From contig CAVSQB010000008.1 in the NCBI GenBank assembly GCA_963729895.1, positions 1 to 64,000 of the forward strand: a DNA stretch of 64,000 nt. Direction: 5' to 3'. Shown here one piece after another: positions 27,648 through 38,189 of this stretch; positions within the stretch are counted from its first letter, which is position 1, and each line of letters starts with the position of its first letter. The translations under genes and the position numbers were made by a program. This DNA comes from an uncultured Fibrobacterota bacterium (GTDB taxonomy: Bacteria > Fibrobacterota > Chitinivibrionia > Chitinivibrionales > FEN-1185). The notes under the pieces are model-generated. The model did not search any database and was not told where the DNA came from. It saw nothing but the letters and a program-made list of their open reading frames with translations.

Positions 27648-28934
27648 ATGCAGGTACCCGCCGCACCAAAAGGGACCCGCGATTTCTACCCCGGCGACAT
27701 GGCGTTCCGCGAGGCCATTTTCTCTTCGTGGCGAAACACCTGCGCGCGCTATGGGTTCGAACAGTTCGACGCTCCCACGTTCGAGCATCTCGACCTCTAC
27801 ACCCAGAAATCGGGCGACGAAATCGAGAAGCAGCTGTACGTCTTTGAGGACAAGGCCGGCCGGAAGCTCGCGCTGCGGCCGGAGCTTACCCCGTCGCTGG
27901 CCAGAATGGTTGCGGCAAGGGGCAACAACCTTAAGCGGCCCGTGAGGTGGTATTCCATCCCGCGGCTTTTCAGATACGAAAAAATGCAGAAGGGCCGCCT
28001 CAGGGAATTCTTCCAGCTCAACATGGACATTCTGGGGATCGCCGAGACGAGCGCCGACGCCGAGCTCATTGCAGCATCAATCGACATGATGCGCGATCTC
28101 GGGTTCAACGAGCACGACTTCTCCGTCCGCGTGTCCAGCCGGCTCCTTATCGAACAGCTCCTTCTTTCCATGGGGATTCCGGCCGAAAAACTGCCGTCCC
28201 TGTACGGCGTGCTCGACAAGCGCACCAAGCTTGCCAAAGAGGAGTTCGACGCCCAGCTCGCCGCCGCGGTCTCCCCTGCCGCAAGCGCGGCCGCGATCTC
28301 CGAGGCGCTCTCGGTAACGTCGCTTGCCGATCTCGCAAAGTTCGGCGGGCCGCTTCCCGCCGTCTCCCAGATCGAGCAGCTCTTTTCCCATCTCGACGCG
28401 TACGGCATGGCCGCGTACGCCGCATTCGATATCGGCATCGTACGCGGGCTCGCCTATTACACGGGCATCGTTTTCGAACTGTTCGATACCACGCGGTCGC
28501 TTCGCGCCATTGCCGGCGGCGGACGCTACGACAACCTCGTCAAGCTCTACGGCGGCCCCGCCACGCCCGCGGTCGGCTTTGCCGCCGGCGACGTGGTGCT
28601 CGGAGAAATGCTTCTCGCAAAGCACTGTGCCGCGGGCGGGCCGCGGGCGTCCGTTTTTGTCGTTTCGCTTGACGAACTCCACCCGCGCAGCGCAATCCAA
28701 ACCGCAACACTCATCCGGGAGGCGGGCATTTCGTGCGAATTCAGCCTTAAGAAAACAGGCGTGGGCAAACAGATGGAGCAGGCGCACGCGGCCCGATCGT
28801 TGCTGGTCGTCATTGTAGGGGGCGAGGAGGAAAAAGAAGGCAGGGTGACGGTTCGGAATATGAAGACCGGCGAGGAAACGCTCGTCGCCCGCGGGGAGCT
28901 CGTTCCAACGCTGGTAAAGGCGATCGCCGGATGA
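27648..28934 (+). CDS. hisS: Histidine--tRNA ligase
   Basis: PKGTRDF, LRPELT, FRYE..Q.GR.REF.Q, RGLAYYTG, GGGRYD. Confidence 0.96.
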   Translation: MQVPAAPKGTRDFYPGDMAFREAIFSSWRNTCARYGFEQFDAPTFEHLDLYTQKSGDEIEKQLYVFEDKAGRKLALRPELTPSLARMVAARGNNLKRPVRWYSIPRLFRYEKMQKGRLREFFQLNMDILGIAETSADAELIAASIDMMRDLGFNEHDFSVRVSSRLLIEQLLLSMGIPAEKLPSLYGVLDKRTKLAKEEFDAQLAAAVSPAASAAAISEALSVTSLADLAKFGGPLPAVSQIEQLFSHLDAYGMAAYAAFDIGIVRGLAYYTGIVFELFDTTRSLRAIAGGGRYDNLVKLYGGPATPAVGFAAGDVVLGEMLLAKHCAAGGPRASVFVVSLDELHPRSAIQTATLIREAGISCEFSLKKTGVGKQMEQAHAARSLLVVIVGGEEEKEGRVTVRNMKTGEETLVARGELVPTLVKAIAG

Positions 28935-28944
28935 AGGGGCAGGA

Positions 28945-29850
28945 ATGACGGACAGAAAACTCGGCTATGTCCTGATGTGTCTTTCTCTGCTCATCGTTGC
29001 AGTCGTCGCCGCATATTGCCTGCGGCCGTTTCTGTCACCCGGCGAAACCCGGGTGGTGGTGTTCAAGCACGTCGGAAATCTCAGGCTGGAAGATCCGGTG
29101 CGTGTGTGCGGCGTTTCGTACGGCGCCGTCAAAAAGATGGATTGGACGGACGACCGGGCCGCACAAGAGCGGAAGGTGTATGTGAGTGTGGAAAGCCCCA
29201 GGCCCATTCCCATCAGAAAAGGATACACTATTGCGAATATGGATGAAGGGATCATGGGCGACCGGGTGATCATGATCGATTGCGGCGACTCGGCAGCCCC
29301 GCTCATAAGCCCGCGCGACACGCTTGCGGGCGCGTTCTATCCCGGCGTTTCTGAGGCGCTCAACGAAGCGTGGAAGCTGCGCGACGTCGTGGATACGTTC
29401 CTTGTCGTCAGCGACCGGCTGGCGCACGGGACTCGCGCGCAAAAATCGCTTATCGTCGAAATACGCGGGGCCATCGCCTTCGCCGATTCACTTTCAGAAA
29501 TCGTTCTGGGGGCCACGCGAGAGACCGACGCACGTATTTCCTCGCGCATCGACTCGCTGGACGCGTTCGTCAAACAGACGGCCCTTGTCTCCCGGGCCTT
29601 TGCCGCCGCGACACCCGCATACCTCGACAATGTTCAGTCCGAACTCGGCAGGATCTCCGGATTTGCGGCATCGCTCGACAGCGCTTCGCGAAAGCTCCTT
29701 GCGATGTCCGGGTCCTTGCAGAATCCCGAAAATATTCTATGGAAAAGCGACGCGGAGAATTTGAGGAAACGGCTCGTCGAGTTGCAGGACGTTACCGCGG
29801 CGATTCAAAAACGGCTGCTCCAATTCAAAATCTACCTTCGGCTCATGTAG
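28945..29850 (+). CDS. MlaD/MCE-domain protein
   Basis: N-terminal TM, F..VGNL..EDPVRVCGV..G.V MCE motif, helical tail. Confidence 0.8.
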   Translation: MTDRKLGYVLMCLSLLIVAVVAAYCLRPFLSPGETRVVVFKHVGNLRLEDPVRVCGVSYGAVKKMDWTDDRAAQERKVYVSVESPRPIPIRKGYTIANMDEGIMGDRVIMIDCGDSAAPLISPRDTLAGAFYPGVSEALNEAWKLRDVVDTFLVVSDRLAHGTRAQKSLIVEIRGAIAFADSLSEIVLGATRETDARISSRIDSLDAFVKQTALVSRAFAAATPAYLDNVQSELGRISGFAASLDSASRKLLAMSGSLQNPENILWKSDAENLRKRLVELQDVTAAIQKRLLQFKIYLRLM

Positions 29851-29852
29851 CC

Positions 29853-30833
29853 ATGACCGGAAAGCCTTTTCAAATCTGTGCAGCACTGGCGGTCGTCGGC
29901 CTCGCCTTCGGCTGCGCCCGGAGCGCCAACGACAGCCTGTACTACCTGTACCAGCGGTCAACCTACCTGGAAAACCTGAACACGCCCGGGGGCTGGTGGG
30001 CCAACCCGGCGCTTACGGGAGAAATAACCGTCCCCACCGGCTACACCATAAACGTGACGCCGCTCGGGAACTCCTACACACTTGCGTCCGTAAAGTACCT
30101 GATCCCGTTCCTTCAGAGATTCGGCGCCGGCATCGGCATAATGGGGACCGGCATCGCCAACCAGCAGTCAACGGGAATTAATCCGGGCGGAATCAGTTTC
30201 AGCAGCAATTATTCCTTTTCCAACCCGAGTTTCCAGCTCGGGCTTGGCGGCCGCATTCCAGCCATCGGCAGCGCCGGCATTCTGGTCGACATAGGGGCAG
30301 AAATGCTTCCAAGCGGCTACAGCGACGTCGCCGCCTCGAATTTCCTGCTCATGCGGTTCGGGCTCGGCGTGCTGACTCCCTACTACTTCGGCTGCGCGTC
30401 GCTGTCCGCCACAGGCATGGCAACGCTGCATTTCTGGCAGCAGCTGTACATGGACAGCGACGCCAAAATCGGCCTCCGGCTGAAGTTTCTCGACGAAATG
30501 ATACTGGGATCGGCGGAATACACGCTGTCGTTCAAAACCCACTTTATCCAGTCATTCTATGCAACGTACGGGTACGATTACGAGGTGTTCAAGGCCCTGG
30601 TTTCGGTTAAAATTTACAAAGTGGCGGGAATTCTGGCGGGGTTCAGCACCGATTTCAGTCAATCTCCGGGCAGTCTCTACAACGGCAATTGCCTGCACGC
30701 GGGCCTGGAACTGCGGCCCCTGGACATATACCCGTTTTTCGGCGGTTACGATCTGGGCGTGAGCACAACGTTCCCCGGCCTTCTCATCCACAGAATTTGG
30801 ATCGGCTACCGGTTTCTTCGAAAACCGCACTAG
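29853..30833 (+). CDS. Hypothetical outer-membrane protein / lipoprotein
   Basis: LAFGC lipobox-like, WANPA motif, amphipathic beta-strand pattern. Confidence 0.65.
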   Translation: MTGKPFQICAALAVVGLAFGCARSANDSLYYLYQRSTYLENLNTPGGWWANPALTGEITVPTGYTINVTPLGNSYTLASVKYLIPFLQRFGAGIGIMGTGIANQQSTGINPGGISFSSNYSFSNPSFQLGLGGRIPAIGSAGILVDIGAEMLPSGYSDVAASNFLLMRFGLGVLTPYYFGCASLSATGMATLHFWQQLYMDSDAKIGLRLKFLDEMILGSAEYTLSFKTHFIQSFYATYGYDYEVFKALVSVKIYKVAGILAGFSTDFSQSPGSLYNGNCLHAGLELRPLDIYPFFGGYDLGVSTTFPGLLIHRIWIGYRFLRKPH

Positions 30834-31139
30834 GAATGGCCGCGCAAAATCGCGGTTCGGGCGTTGCCGCGTTCCACGACAACGCCTCTTTCCGCAAAAG
30901 CCTAACCGAAACCTCATACCCCGCTAACTTTTTTTATTTTTTTTGGGGCCGTTTCCGTAACCACGCTTCACAAATCCGTTCCTTTACTGAGGCCCAAAAC
31001 GGGCTCATTTGTAAAATGTCACTGCGTCAAACCGGGTCTCCCGTGCAGTCAAAGCGCCGTTTGGCAATCCCCGTATTTACGCAGATAGGCGCACAGCGCG
31101 GTTTACATCCCGACAGGGGCTCTTTTTGACATTGTGAAA

Positions 31140-31510
31140 TCGCGGCCCTGCATTGACAAAGACTCATTTTTGTTATGCAGTCAATTGACAAAAGGTTGTT
31201 ACACATTCATTACAAACCGCGGCAAAAAAATCCTTTGACATTGCAACCATCGCAATTATATTATTAAAACTAAAATCGAAACAGCGATGTGGACAACTGC
31301 ATGTTGATAACTAGTTGAGAGCTTGTGAATGAACAGTTGAAAACATTAAGAATCTGCTGGCGTAAATTCGCTATTAAAACTGTAACAAATTGATAATAAA
31401 AAGAATGTACGTGGTCTGGTTAACAGTATTTCAATCCCAAATGTCTCTCCAGTCCATTCCGATTGTTACTATTTTGTAAAGCTATAGGAATGTTGATAAG
31501 ATGTTGATGA
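31140..31510. promoter_or_regulatory. Putative oriC / dnaA regulatory region
   Basis: AT-rich, gene-free region upstream of dnaA; DnaA-box-like 9-mers TGTGGACAA (31288), TGTTGATAA (31302, 31491), TGTGAATGA (31324). Confidence 0.6.
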
Positions 31511-32883
31511 ACGATCTATCTCTCGCCGTTTCAACAAGTTCTCCGTGGCAGCAATGCCTGCAGAAAATCCAAAAGAAGATCACACCATCCACTTTCGAAA
31601 CCTGGTTCCGGACAACGGACCTTTTTCTATCCCCCGAAGGCCATGCAAGCATTCTGGTTCCGAATCAATTCTTCGCGGATTTCATGGAGCAGCATTTTTC
31701 AGACCTCATAAAAGATGTTCTTGCGGATTGTGATATCGGCTTTCGGTCGCTTGCATTCAATCCAACCGAAAAAGATTGGAAAGTCGTTCAGCCGCTCACA
31801 GAAACAATTTCAGAGGCCCAGACAAGAAAGATTCCCCAATCTGTTGAGAAAAAGGGACAATTCCACCCGAATTACACGTTCGATAAATATATAGTGGGCG
31901 ACGGGAACAGGATGGCGCACGCCGCGGCGCTCGCTGTTGCAGAAGCTCCGGGAAGAACAACTTTCAACCCGCTCGTAATTTACGGGGGCACCGGGCTGGG
32001 AAAGACGCATTTGTTGCAGGCAATCGGGCATTTTGCCCAGACGGAGGGCACCGCAGACTTTGTGGTGTACATGACCAGCGAAGAATTCACAACGCAGTAT
32101 ATCAATTATGTAGTGGAAAAAAAGGATTCCACCTCATTCTATAAGAAGTTCAACGACGTGGATCTGCTTCTCATAGACGACATACATTTCCTTGGGGGCA
32201 AGCCGGGCACGCAAAAGGAATTTTACAGAATTTTCAACAGACTTCTCATGGAAAGAAAACAAATCATCTTGTCGTCAGACCGGTCGCCGGACAAGATTAC
32301 CGACATGATGGAACACATAATCAACAGGTTCATGGGCGGCCTTATCACCGATATCCAGCCGCCCAACCTTGAAACCCGCATGGCGATTCTCCGCAAGAAA
32401 GCGGAAACGGACGGTCTCTCTCTTCCCGGCGAGGTGATTCAATACATTGCGGGCCACATCACCTCCAATGTCCGCGAACTGGAAGGGACCCTCATCAAGC
32501 TCATCGCTTCGTCTTCATTTACCGGGAAGGACATTTCCATAGACGTCGCCAAGGAAATCTGCGGAGATGTGATTTCGAGAAAAGACCAGCGCGTTTCCGT
32601 TCTGTTTATTCTGCAGAAGGTGGCCGACGTGTTTGAGACGAGCCCCAACCAGCTTACGGCCCATACGCGCAAACGGGACGTTACCGTTCCGCGCTCCGTT
32701 GCCATGTACCTTTGCAAGAAGTGGACCAAGCAGTCCCTTCGGACAATCGGACTCGAATTCGGCGGCCGCGACTATTCAACCGTCATTCATGCGTGCAGGA
32801 AGACCGAGTCGGACATTCAAACGGATCCCGAGCTCAAACGCAAGATAGAATCGGTAGAAGAGATGATCCTTCCGCTGGTGTAA
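31501..32883 (+). CDS. dnaA: Chromosomal replication initiator
   Basis: FETWF, NPLVIYGGTGLGKTHL, LLIDDI, NVRELEG, FGGRDYSTV. Confidence 0.96.
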   Translation: MLMNDLSLAVSTSSPWQQCLQKIQKKITPSTFETWFRTTDLFLSPEGHASILVPNQFFADFMEQHFSDLIKDVLADCDIGFRSLAFNPTEKDWKVVQPLTETISEAQTRKIPQSVEKKGQFHPNYTFDKYIVGDGNRMAHAAALAVAEAPGRTTFNPLVIYGGTGLGKTHLLQAIGHFAQTEGTADFVVYMTSEEFTTQYINYVVEKKDSTSFYKKFNDVDLLLIDDIHFLGGKPGTQKEFYRIFNRLLMERKQIILSSDRSPDKITDMMEHIINRFMGGLITDIQPPNLETRMAILRKKAETDGLSLPGEVIQYIAGHITSNVRELEGTLIKLIASSSFTGKDISIDVAKEICGDVISRKDQRVSVLFILQKVADVFETSPNQLTAHTRKRDVTVPRSVAMYLCKKWTKQSLRTIGLEFGGRDYSTVIHACRKTESDIQTDPELKRKIESVEEMILPLV

Positions 32884-32894
32884 ACCTGAGATTG

Positions 32895-33510
32895 TAGAAT
32901 CTGGGCGCCCCGCTGTGACTAATCATGATGGAGCAGGGCGTTTCCCGGCCAAAGGCCGGGTCGGTTCTCCCTCCGGGCTCGGCCACAGGCCTCGGTGCCG
33001 TTGTTCAACTGAGTCGGGAGTTCCGCTCCCGACGCCCTGTCCAGGGGTGCTCAGCAGCGAGCACCCCTGGACCCTGCGCCGCGCCTGCAGTGGCGCGGAT
33101 CGCCGCGCACTCCGGGGGGCTGCGGAACAATGGAAAGATATCGAAAAGTATTTTCCTCCGGAAAATACGGACTCGTCCTCGCCCTTTAAAACCTCCGTGC
33201 GCGACTGCGCCACTGATGGCGGAAGAAAAAGACAAGAATTCCGTGTGTCAACTGCACAGCGACATTTCGTGGGTGCCCCACAGCCGAGGTTTGGATTCTT
33301 GCCCCGACTCCCACTTTGGGGTCACCCGGCACTGCTATCCAAAGGCATTTTATTATCGATTTGATAATCGATATTTCCGGCCCAGCCATCCAGATGCATT
33401 TGACTTCTATCTTGAAATTGGATTCTCCCAAATAAACTCAGTTGGGGGTTGGTCAAATCCAGTGTCGGCCGTTGCCTCTATAACTTATATTTAACCCGGT
33501 TGCGGCAGCT
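32895..33510 (-). repeat. Modular repeat copy R5 (inverted)
   Basis: 32985-33335 is the reverse complement of about 7185-7535; 33335-33400 matches 13100-13160. Confidence 0.85.
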
Positions 33511-33575
33511 TCAGATCTGATGCCTAAACCGGTCCTCAATTTCATTCGTCTCACAAAAACAGGCTTATACCCCCC

Positions 33576-34196
33576 ATGAACGAAACCTTGAAACGCGCCA
33601 AAGAAATCCTTTTTGCGGAGGCGGATGCAATCAGAAACATCCCGCTCGACACTCATTTTTCCTCTGCGATAGGCATCCTGTACCGCTGCAAGAACAAGGT
33701 GGTAACCACGGGAATGGGAAAGGCCGGGGATATCGCGCAGAAAATCGCGGGAACGCTCTGCTCCACGGGCACTCCGGCATGCTTTCTGCACCCGGGCGAA
33801 GCCGCGCACGGCGATCTCGGCCTTCTGGACAAAGGAGACGTTATCCTCGCCTTTTCCACCAGCGGGAAGACCCGTGAGGTCATCGAAATGCTGGAGCGCG
33901 GGCGCGGCCTTGGCATTCATTCGATTATCGGCATTACGTCGCATCCCGATTCCACCATCCGCTCCTTGTGCAACGTGGTAATAAGCATGGGAGAAATCAC
34001 CGAACCGTGCGCACTGGGCCTCACGCCGACGGCAAGCACGGCCGTGATGCTTGCACTCGGCGACGCACTCGCGCTTGTCCTCATGGAAAAACGGAAATTC
34101 TCCAAGGAACAATTCGGCCTTCGCCATCACGGCGGCTACCTCGGCCAAAAGGCGCGCCAGCCCCACACCGGACCCGGCTCCGTTTCAATCCGCTAG
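33576..34196 (+). CDS. SIS-domain sugar-phosphate isomerase (KdsD/KpsF-like, no CBS domains)
   Basis: TGMGKAG, LHPGEAAHGDLG, APT-like LTPTAST, HHGG. Confidence 0.88.
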   Translation: MNETLKRAKEILFAEADAIRNIPLDTHFSSAIGILYRCKNKVVTTGMGKAGDIAQKIAGTLCSTGTPACFLHPGEAAHGDLGLLDKGDVILAFSTSGKTREVIEMLERGRGLGIHSIIGITSHPDSTIRSLCNVVISMGEITEPCALGLTPTASTAVMLALGDALALVLMEKRKFSKEQFGLRHHGGYLGQKARQPHTGPGSVSIR

Positions 34197-34210
34197 ACAG
34201 GCCCTCGTAC

Positions 34211-35845
34211 ATGAAAACATCGTGTGATTTTCTCATCGTGGGCAGCGGTATTGCAGGGCTCAGTTTCGCCATCCGAGCGGCCCGGGTCGGATCGGTCGTC
34301 ATGATAACCAAGAAGACCGACAGCGAGTCGAACACCAACTACGCGCAGGGCGGCATCGCCTGTGTTCTTGACCCAAAAGACAGCTTTGAAAGCCATGTGC
34401 GCGACACGCTTGTCGCCGGGGCCGGGCTGTGTAACCAGGAAGCGGTCCGCATTCTTGTGCGCGAAGCCCCGGAGCGGATCGAAGACCTTGTCGAATGGGG
34501 AACGCATTTTTCAACATCAAAGACTTCCAGGGCCCGGCACCATCTGGATCTCGGCCGCGAAGGGGGACATTCCGCCAACCGGATCGTACATATGCATGAT
34601 TTTACGGGAAGGGCGGTCGAAGAATCCCTGCTGAGGCAACTCCGCAACATGCGCAATGTTACCATGTACGAAAATCATTGCGGCGTTGAGCTGATCACAA
34701 ACCACTATATCCGCGGCAGCTCTTCCCGGGGCGGCAACCATTGTTACGGCATGTATGTGCTCGACACGGTGCAAAGGGCCATCTTTGCCGTGCAGGCAAA
34801 GATCACCTGCCTGTGCACCGGCGGGTGCGGCAGGGTCTATCTCCACACGACGAACCCGGAAATCGCCACCGGCGACGGCGTGGCAATGGCCTACCGGGCC
34901 GGCGCAACAATAGAGAACATGGAGTTCATCCAGTTCCACCCCACCACGCTGTATCACGAACACGGCAAGTCGTTTCTGATTTCCGAGGCCCTGCGGGGGT
35001 TTGGCGCGGTCCTCAAGGATTCGCGCGGCGCGGAGTTCATGAACCGGTATCACCCCATGAAGTCGCTTGCGCCGCGCGACATCGTCGCCCGCGCCATCGA
35101 CAACGAATTAAAGAAGTCCGGCGACAGCTGCGTCTATCTTGACGTACGGCATATTCCGGCCGCACAGACGCGGCGGCACTTCCCCCACATTTACGGCCGC
35201 TGCAAGGAATACGGCATCGACATCACCCGGGATCTCATTCCGGTGGTGCCGGCGGCGCATTACCTGTGCGGCGGCATCAAGGTGGATACAAACGGGCACA
35301 GCACGATCTCAAACCTGTACGCGTGCGGCGAGGTCGCCTGTACCGGCATCCACGGCGCCAACCGGCTCGCGTCGAATTCTCTCCTCGAAGCGCTCGTCTT
35401 TTCGCGGCGGGCCGCCGACGAGGCCGTCGGCCGGCTGCCGTCCATTTCCCGTGCGGCCCCGGGCCGCATCCCTCCATGGGACGACAGCGGTACCATTGAC
35501 AACGAAGAATGGGTCCTTCTGTCGCACAATATTACCGAAGTCCAGAGCGTGATGTGGGATTACGTGGGCATCGTTCGGTCGAACCTGCGCCTGGCCCGGG
35601 CCATGCGGCGCATTGCATTTCTCGAAAAAGAGACCGAGAATTTCTACAAACGCACAAAGATAACACCGCGGCTCCTCGAATTGCGTAATATCGTGACGTC
35701 CGCTACGCTGGTGGTGGCCTCCGCCGTCAAACGCCACGAGAGCAGGGGCCTGCATTACACCACCGACTATCCGGACCAAAACGACCGCTATTGGAGGAAG
35801 AACACCTCTCTTGTCAAACATCCGTCCGCGCCCCGTGTGAGATAG
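34211..35845 (+). CDS. nadB: L-aspartate oxidase
   Basis: GSGIAG, YAQGGIA, REGGHS, QFHPT, HGANRLASNSLLE, ESRGLH. Confidence 0.95.
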   Translation: MKTSCDFLIVGSGIAGLSFAIRAARVGSVVMITKKTDSESNTNYAQGGIACVLDPKDSFESHVRDTLVAGAGLCNQEAVRILVREAPERIEDLVEWGTHFSTSKTSRARHHLDLGREGGHSANRIVHMHDFTGRAVEESLLRQLRNMRNVTMYENHCGVELITNHYIRGSSSRGGNHCYGMYVLDTVQRAIFAVQAKITCLCTGGCGRVYLHTTNPEIATGDGVAMAYRAGATIENMEFIQFHPTTLYHEHGKSFLISEALRGFGAVLKDSRGAEFMNRYHPMKSLAPRDIVARAIDNELKKSGDSCVYLDVRHIPAAQTRRHFPHIYGRCKEYGIDITRDLIPVVPAAHYLCGGIKVDTNGHSTISNLYACGEVACTGIHGANRLASNSLLEALVFSRRAADEAVGRLPSISRAAPGRIPPWDDSGTIDNEEWVLLSHNITEVQSVMWDYVGIVRSNLRLARAMRRIAFLEKETENFYKRTKITPRLLELRNIVTSATLVVASAVKRHESRGLHYTTDYPDQNDRYWRKNTSLVKHPSAPRVR

Positions 35846-35856
35846 CCGGGCACGGT

Positions 35857-37857
35857 ATGGCTATCACCATTTGTCTGCTGTTGCTTTTTGCGGGCGGCTT
35901 CTCCCTGGCGGCGCGCTTCTATCTTACCCGGAGAAAAAGCGTCCCCGCGATCCCGATTCTCGGGCTGAGGGCCGCGCTCCTTGCCGCGCTGCTTCTGGCG
36001 TTCTTCGAGCCGATGCTCTCGTTTGAACGGCTCCAGACAAAGCCGGGAATTGTTCCGGTGCTCATCGATGCCTCCATGAGCATGCGGCTCTTCGATCCAG
36101 ACTCGTCGGTGCTGCCTTTTTTGGCCTGTCTCGATTCCCTCGCGCATGCGTCGCCGTCTCCCCTGCGATTCCGGTACTATTGCTTTGGAGATTCCTTTCG
36201 CGAATGTCCGCCAAAGGCCGCCCTCACGTTCTCCGATTTGAAAAGCCTGCTGCCCGCGTCTTTCAAGGACCGGGTCGTCCGGGAAGCCCCGTTCGTCCTT
36301 ATCGTATCCGACGGCAATTTTTCGAACCCGTCGTTTTCCAGGGGCATGCTCCAGGAAAAAGCGTGCTACTATCTTGCGCTGCCGCACGTTTCGCCCCGGC
36401 CCTATGTGCACTCCGAAGTGCTGGGCGTCCGCGAGAGCGTTCCCCTCGATTCGCCGTCCACCGTTCTGGTGCGGCTCCATGGGTTCGCCTCGGGAACCTG
36501 CCCGATTGTCTTGCTATGCAGGAGCGATAAATCGCCGGTGTCGCAACGCAGCATCACGGCCGATTCCGGCTATTTTTCGGACACCGCACTGGTGCGCCTG
36601 CCTACAGGCCGCCAGGGAAGGTTTGTGTATTCGGTGTCGGTCGTAAATGCCCGGGACACGCTGCGTTCGGTGTCGTATTTCTCCCAGGCCGTGGTGCCGC
36701 AGCAGTTTACGGCAAAGATTCTCTCCGCATCGCCGCACCTGGACCGCAGGTTTCTTGCACAGGCGCTCGGCGGCGATCGGCAGTGGCGCATCGCGCCGCA
36801 AGACGCCCGGCGCTGCGATGCGTTGTTCCTCATCGACTATACTGCAAGCGCGGCCGGCCCGCTTGGTTTACCGGATTCAAAAGGGGTTGTGGTTTTTCTC
36901 GGGGCTCTCCCTTGTTCAAGCCGCGTTGAATTGGCTCCCGCCGTTTTTTCGCTTGCTGCAAAGGACCCCTTCGACACGCTCTTCGCCAGGTTCAACACCG
37001 CAGACGTCGCTCCCCCGTCAATCGTCCAGGTGTGCCGGCCGTCGTTTCTCAGGGACAGCCGGACAATTCTTTTCGGCCTTGTCCGAGAACAAGGAAAAGC
37101 AGCGGACAAAGCGTCCGATTCAATTCCGTTTCTCACGATGGGGACGTTTGCGGGCCGCACGGCCGTTGCCGTGGCGGGCAGCGAGCTTTGGCGCATGGAT
37201 TTCCTTCCGCTTTCGGTGGCCGGAGAGAGCGAAACGCCGTCGTTCATGCGCTCGATGGTGGTGTTTGTGAGGCAACTGCTCCTCGCCGACCTGCGTGAAA
37301 ACCTGGTCGCCTATCCCCTGGAACCGGAATTGTCTGAACGCGACTCGATTCCATTCTCCGTTCTGGCGCCCGCACCGTACGATGCCCAAGACGCGACTGC
37401 GGAGAACTACGGAGCGCACAACGGCTTTGCGGTCCGGTTTGTGATAGATTCCTCGGGCAAAAAATTGCTCGATTCCGTGTACACGGTCCCGGGCTTAAAT
37501 CAGCAGAACATGGCAGGCATCCGGCTCCATCCCTTTCCTGCCGGTGCGTACCGCTACACGTGCAGCACGACATTGGGACGCGAAAAGCTTTCCTTTTCCG
37601 ATTCGTTGTACGTCGGCAAAAGCACTCCGGAACTGTCGGTACAGGCGCAAAACACGCTGCTTCTCAGCGAATTCGCCCTCCCTCTCAAGGCGGGAAACGC
37701 ATCGGCCGTGCGCGCGGCATACTCCGCCGGCTCATCCGGGAAACGGGCAACGGTCACGAACCATGTCCACATCAGACAAACATGGCTTCTTCTCGCGGCG
37801 ATAGCAGGGTTTCTTACTCTGGAATGGGTCATTCGCAGGAACAAGGGCATGGACTGA
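35857..37857 (+). CDS. Hypothetical membrane protein (vWA-like DxSxS motif)
   Basis: N-terminal TMs, LIDASMSM, VSDG, C-terminal LEWVIRR. Confidence 0.7.
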   Translation: MAITICLLLLFAGGFSLAARFYLTRRKSVPAIPILGLRAALLAALLLAFFEPMLSFERLQTKPGIVPVLIDASMSMRLFDPDSSVLPFLACLDSLAHASPSPLRFRYYCFGDSFRECPPKAALTFSDLKSLLPASFKDRVVREAPFVLIVSDGNFSNPSFSRGMLQEKACYYLALPHVSPRPYVHSEVLGVRESVPLDSPSTVLVRLHGFASGTCPIVLLCRSDKSPVSQRSITADSGYFSDTALVRLPTGRQGRFVYSVSVVNARDTLRSVSYFSQAVVPQQFTAKILSASPHLDRRFLAQALGGDRQWRIAPQDARRCDALFLIDYTASAAGPLGLPDSKGVVVFLGALPCSSRVELAPAVFSLAAKDPFDTLFARFNTADVAPPSIVQVCRPSFLRDSRTILFGLVREQGKAADKASDSIPFLTMGTFAGRTAVAVAGSELWRMDFLPLSVAGESETPSFMRSMVVFVRQLLLADLRENLVAYPLEPELSERDSIPFSVLAPAPYDAQDATAENYGAHNGFAVRFVIDSSGKKLLDSVYTVPGLNQQNMAGIRLHPFPAGAYRYTCSTTLGREKLSFSDSLYVGKSTPELSVQAQNTLLLSEFALPLKAGNASAVRAAYSAGSSGKRATVTNHVHIRQTWLLLAAIAGFLTLEWVIRRNKGMD

Positions 37858-37942
37858 CAGGCTTGTGCTTGCTATTAACCGGAGAAAAACGTATTTTTAA
37901 TTGTCTAACGACATTTACCAGATGAAAGCAGGTGATTCATCC

Positions 37943-38161
37943 ATGAACGGTATCATTCTCAAAGAAGATGAGCCTTTCGAAAAAGCGCTCCGGAGATTTA
38001 CAAAGACGTGCGAGCGGGCAGGCATTCTTTCAGACATCAAAAAATATCGCCACTACGAGAAGCCCAGCGAAGAAAGAAAAAGGAAGATGAACGCTTCCCG
38101 CCGGAAGAAAGTCCGCGACGAAAAGCGGTTTACCTTCAAGGCGCCGCGTTACTTCAACTGA
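37943..38161 (+). CDS. rpsU: 30S ribosomal protein S21
   Basis: EPFEKALRRF, HYEKPSEERK. Confidence 0.95.
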   Translation: MNGIILKEDEPFEKALRRFTKTCERAGILSDIKKYRHYEKPSEERKRKMNASRRKKVRDEKRFTFKAPRYFN

Positions 38162-38189
38162 CGCCCGCGCCCCGGGTCCGGTCCGCGTA

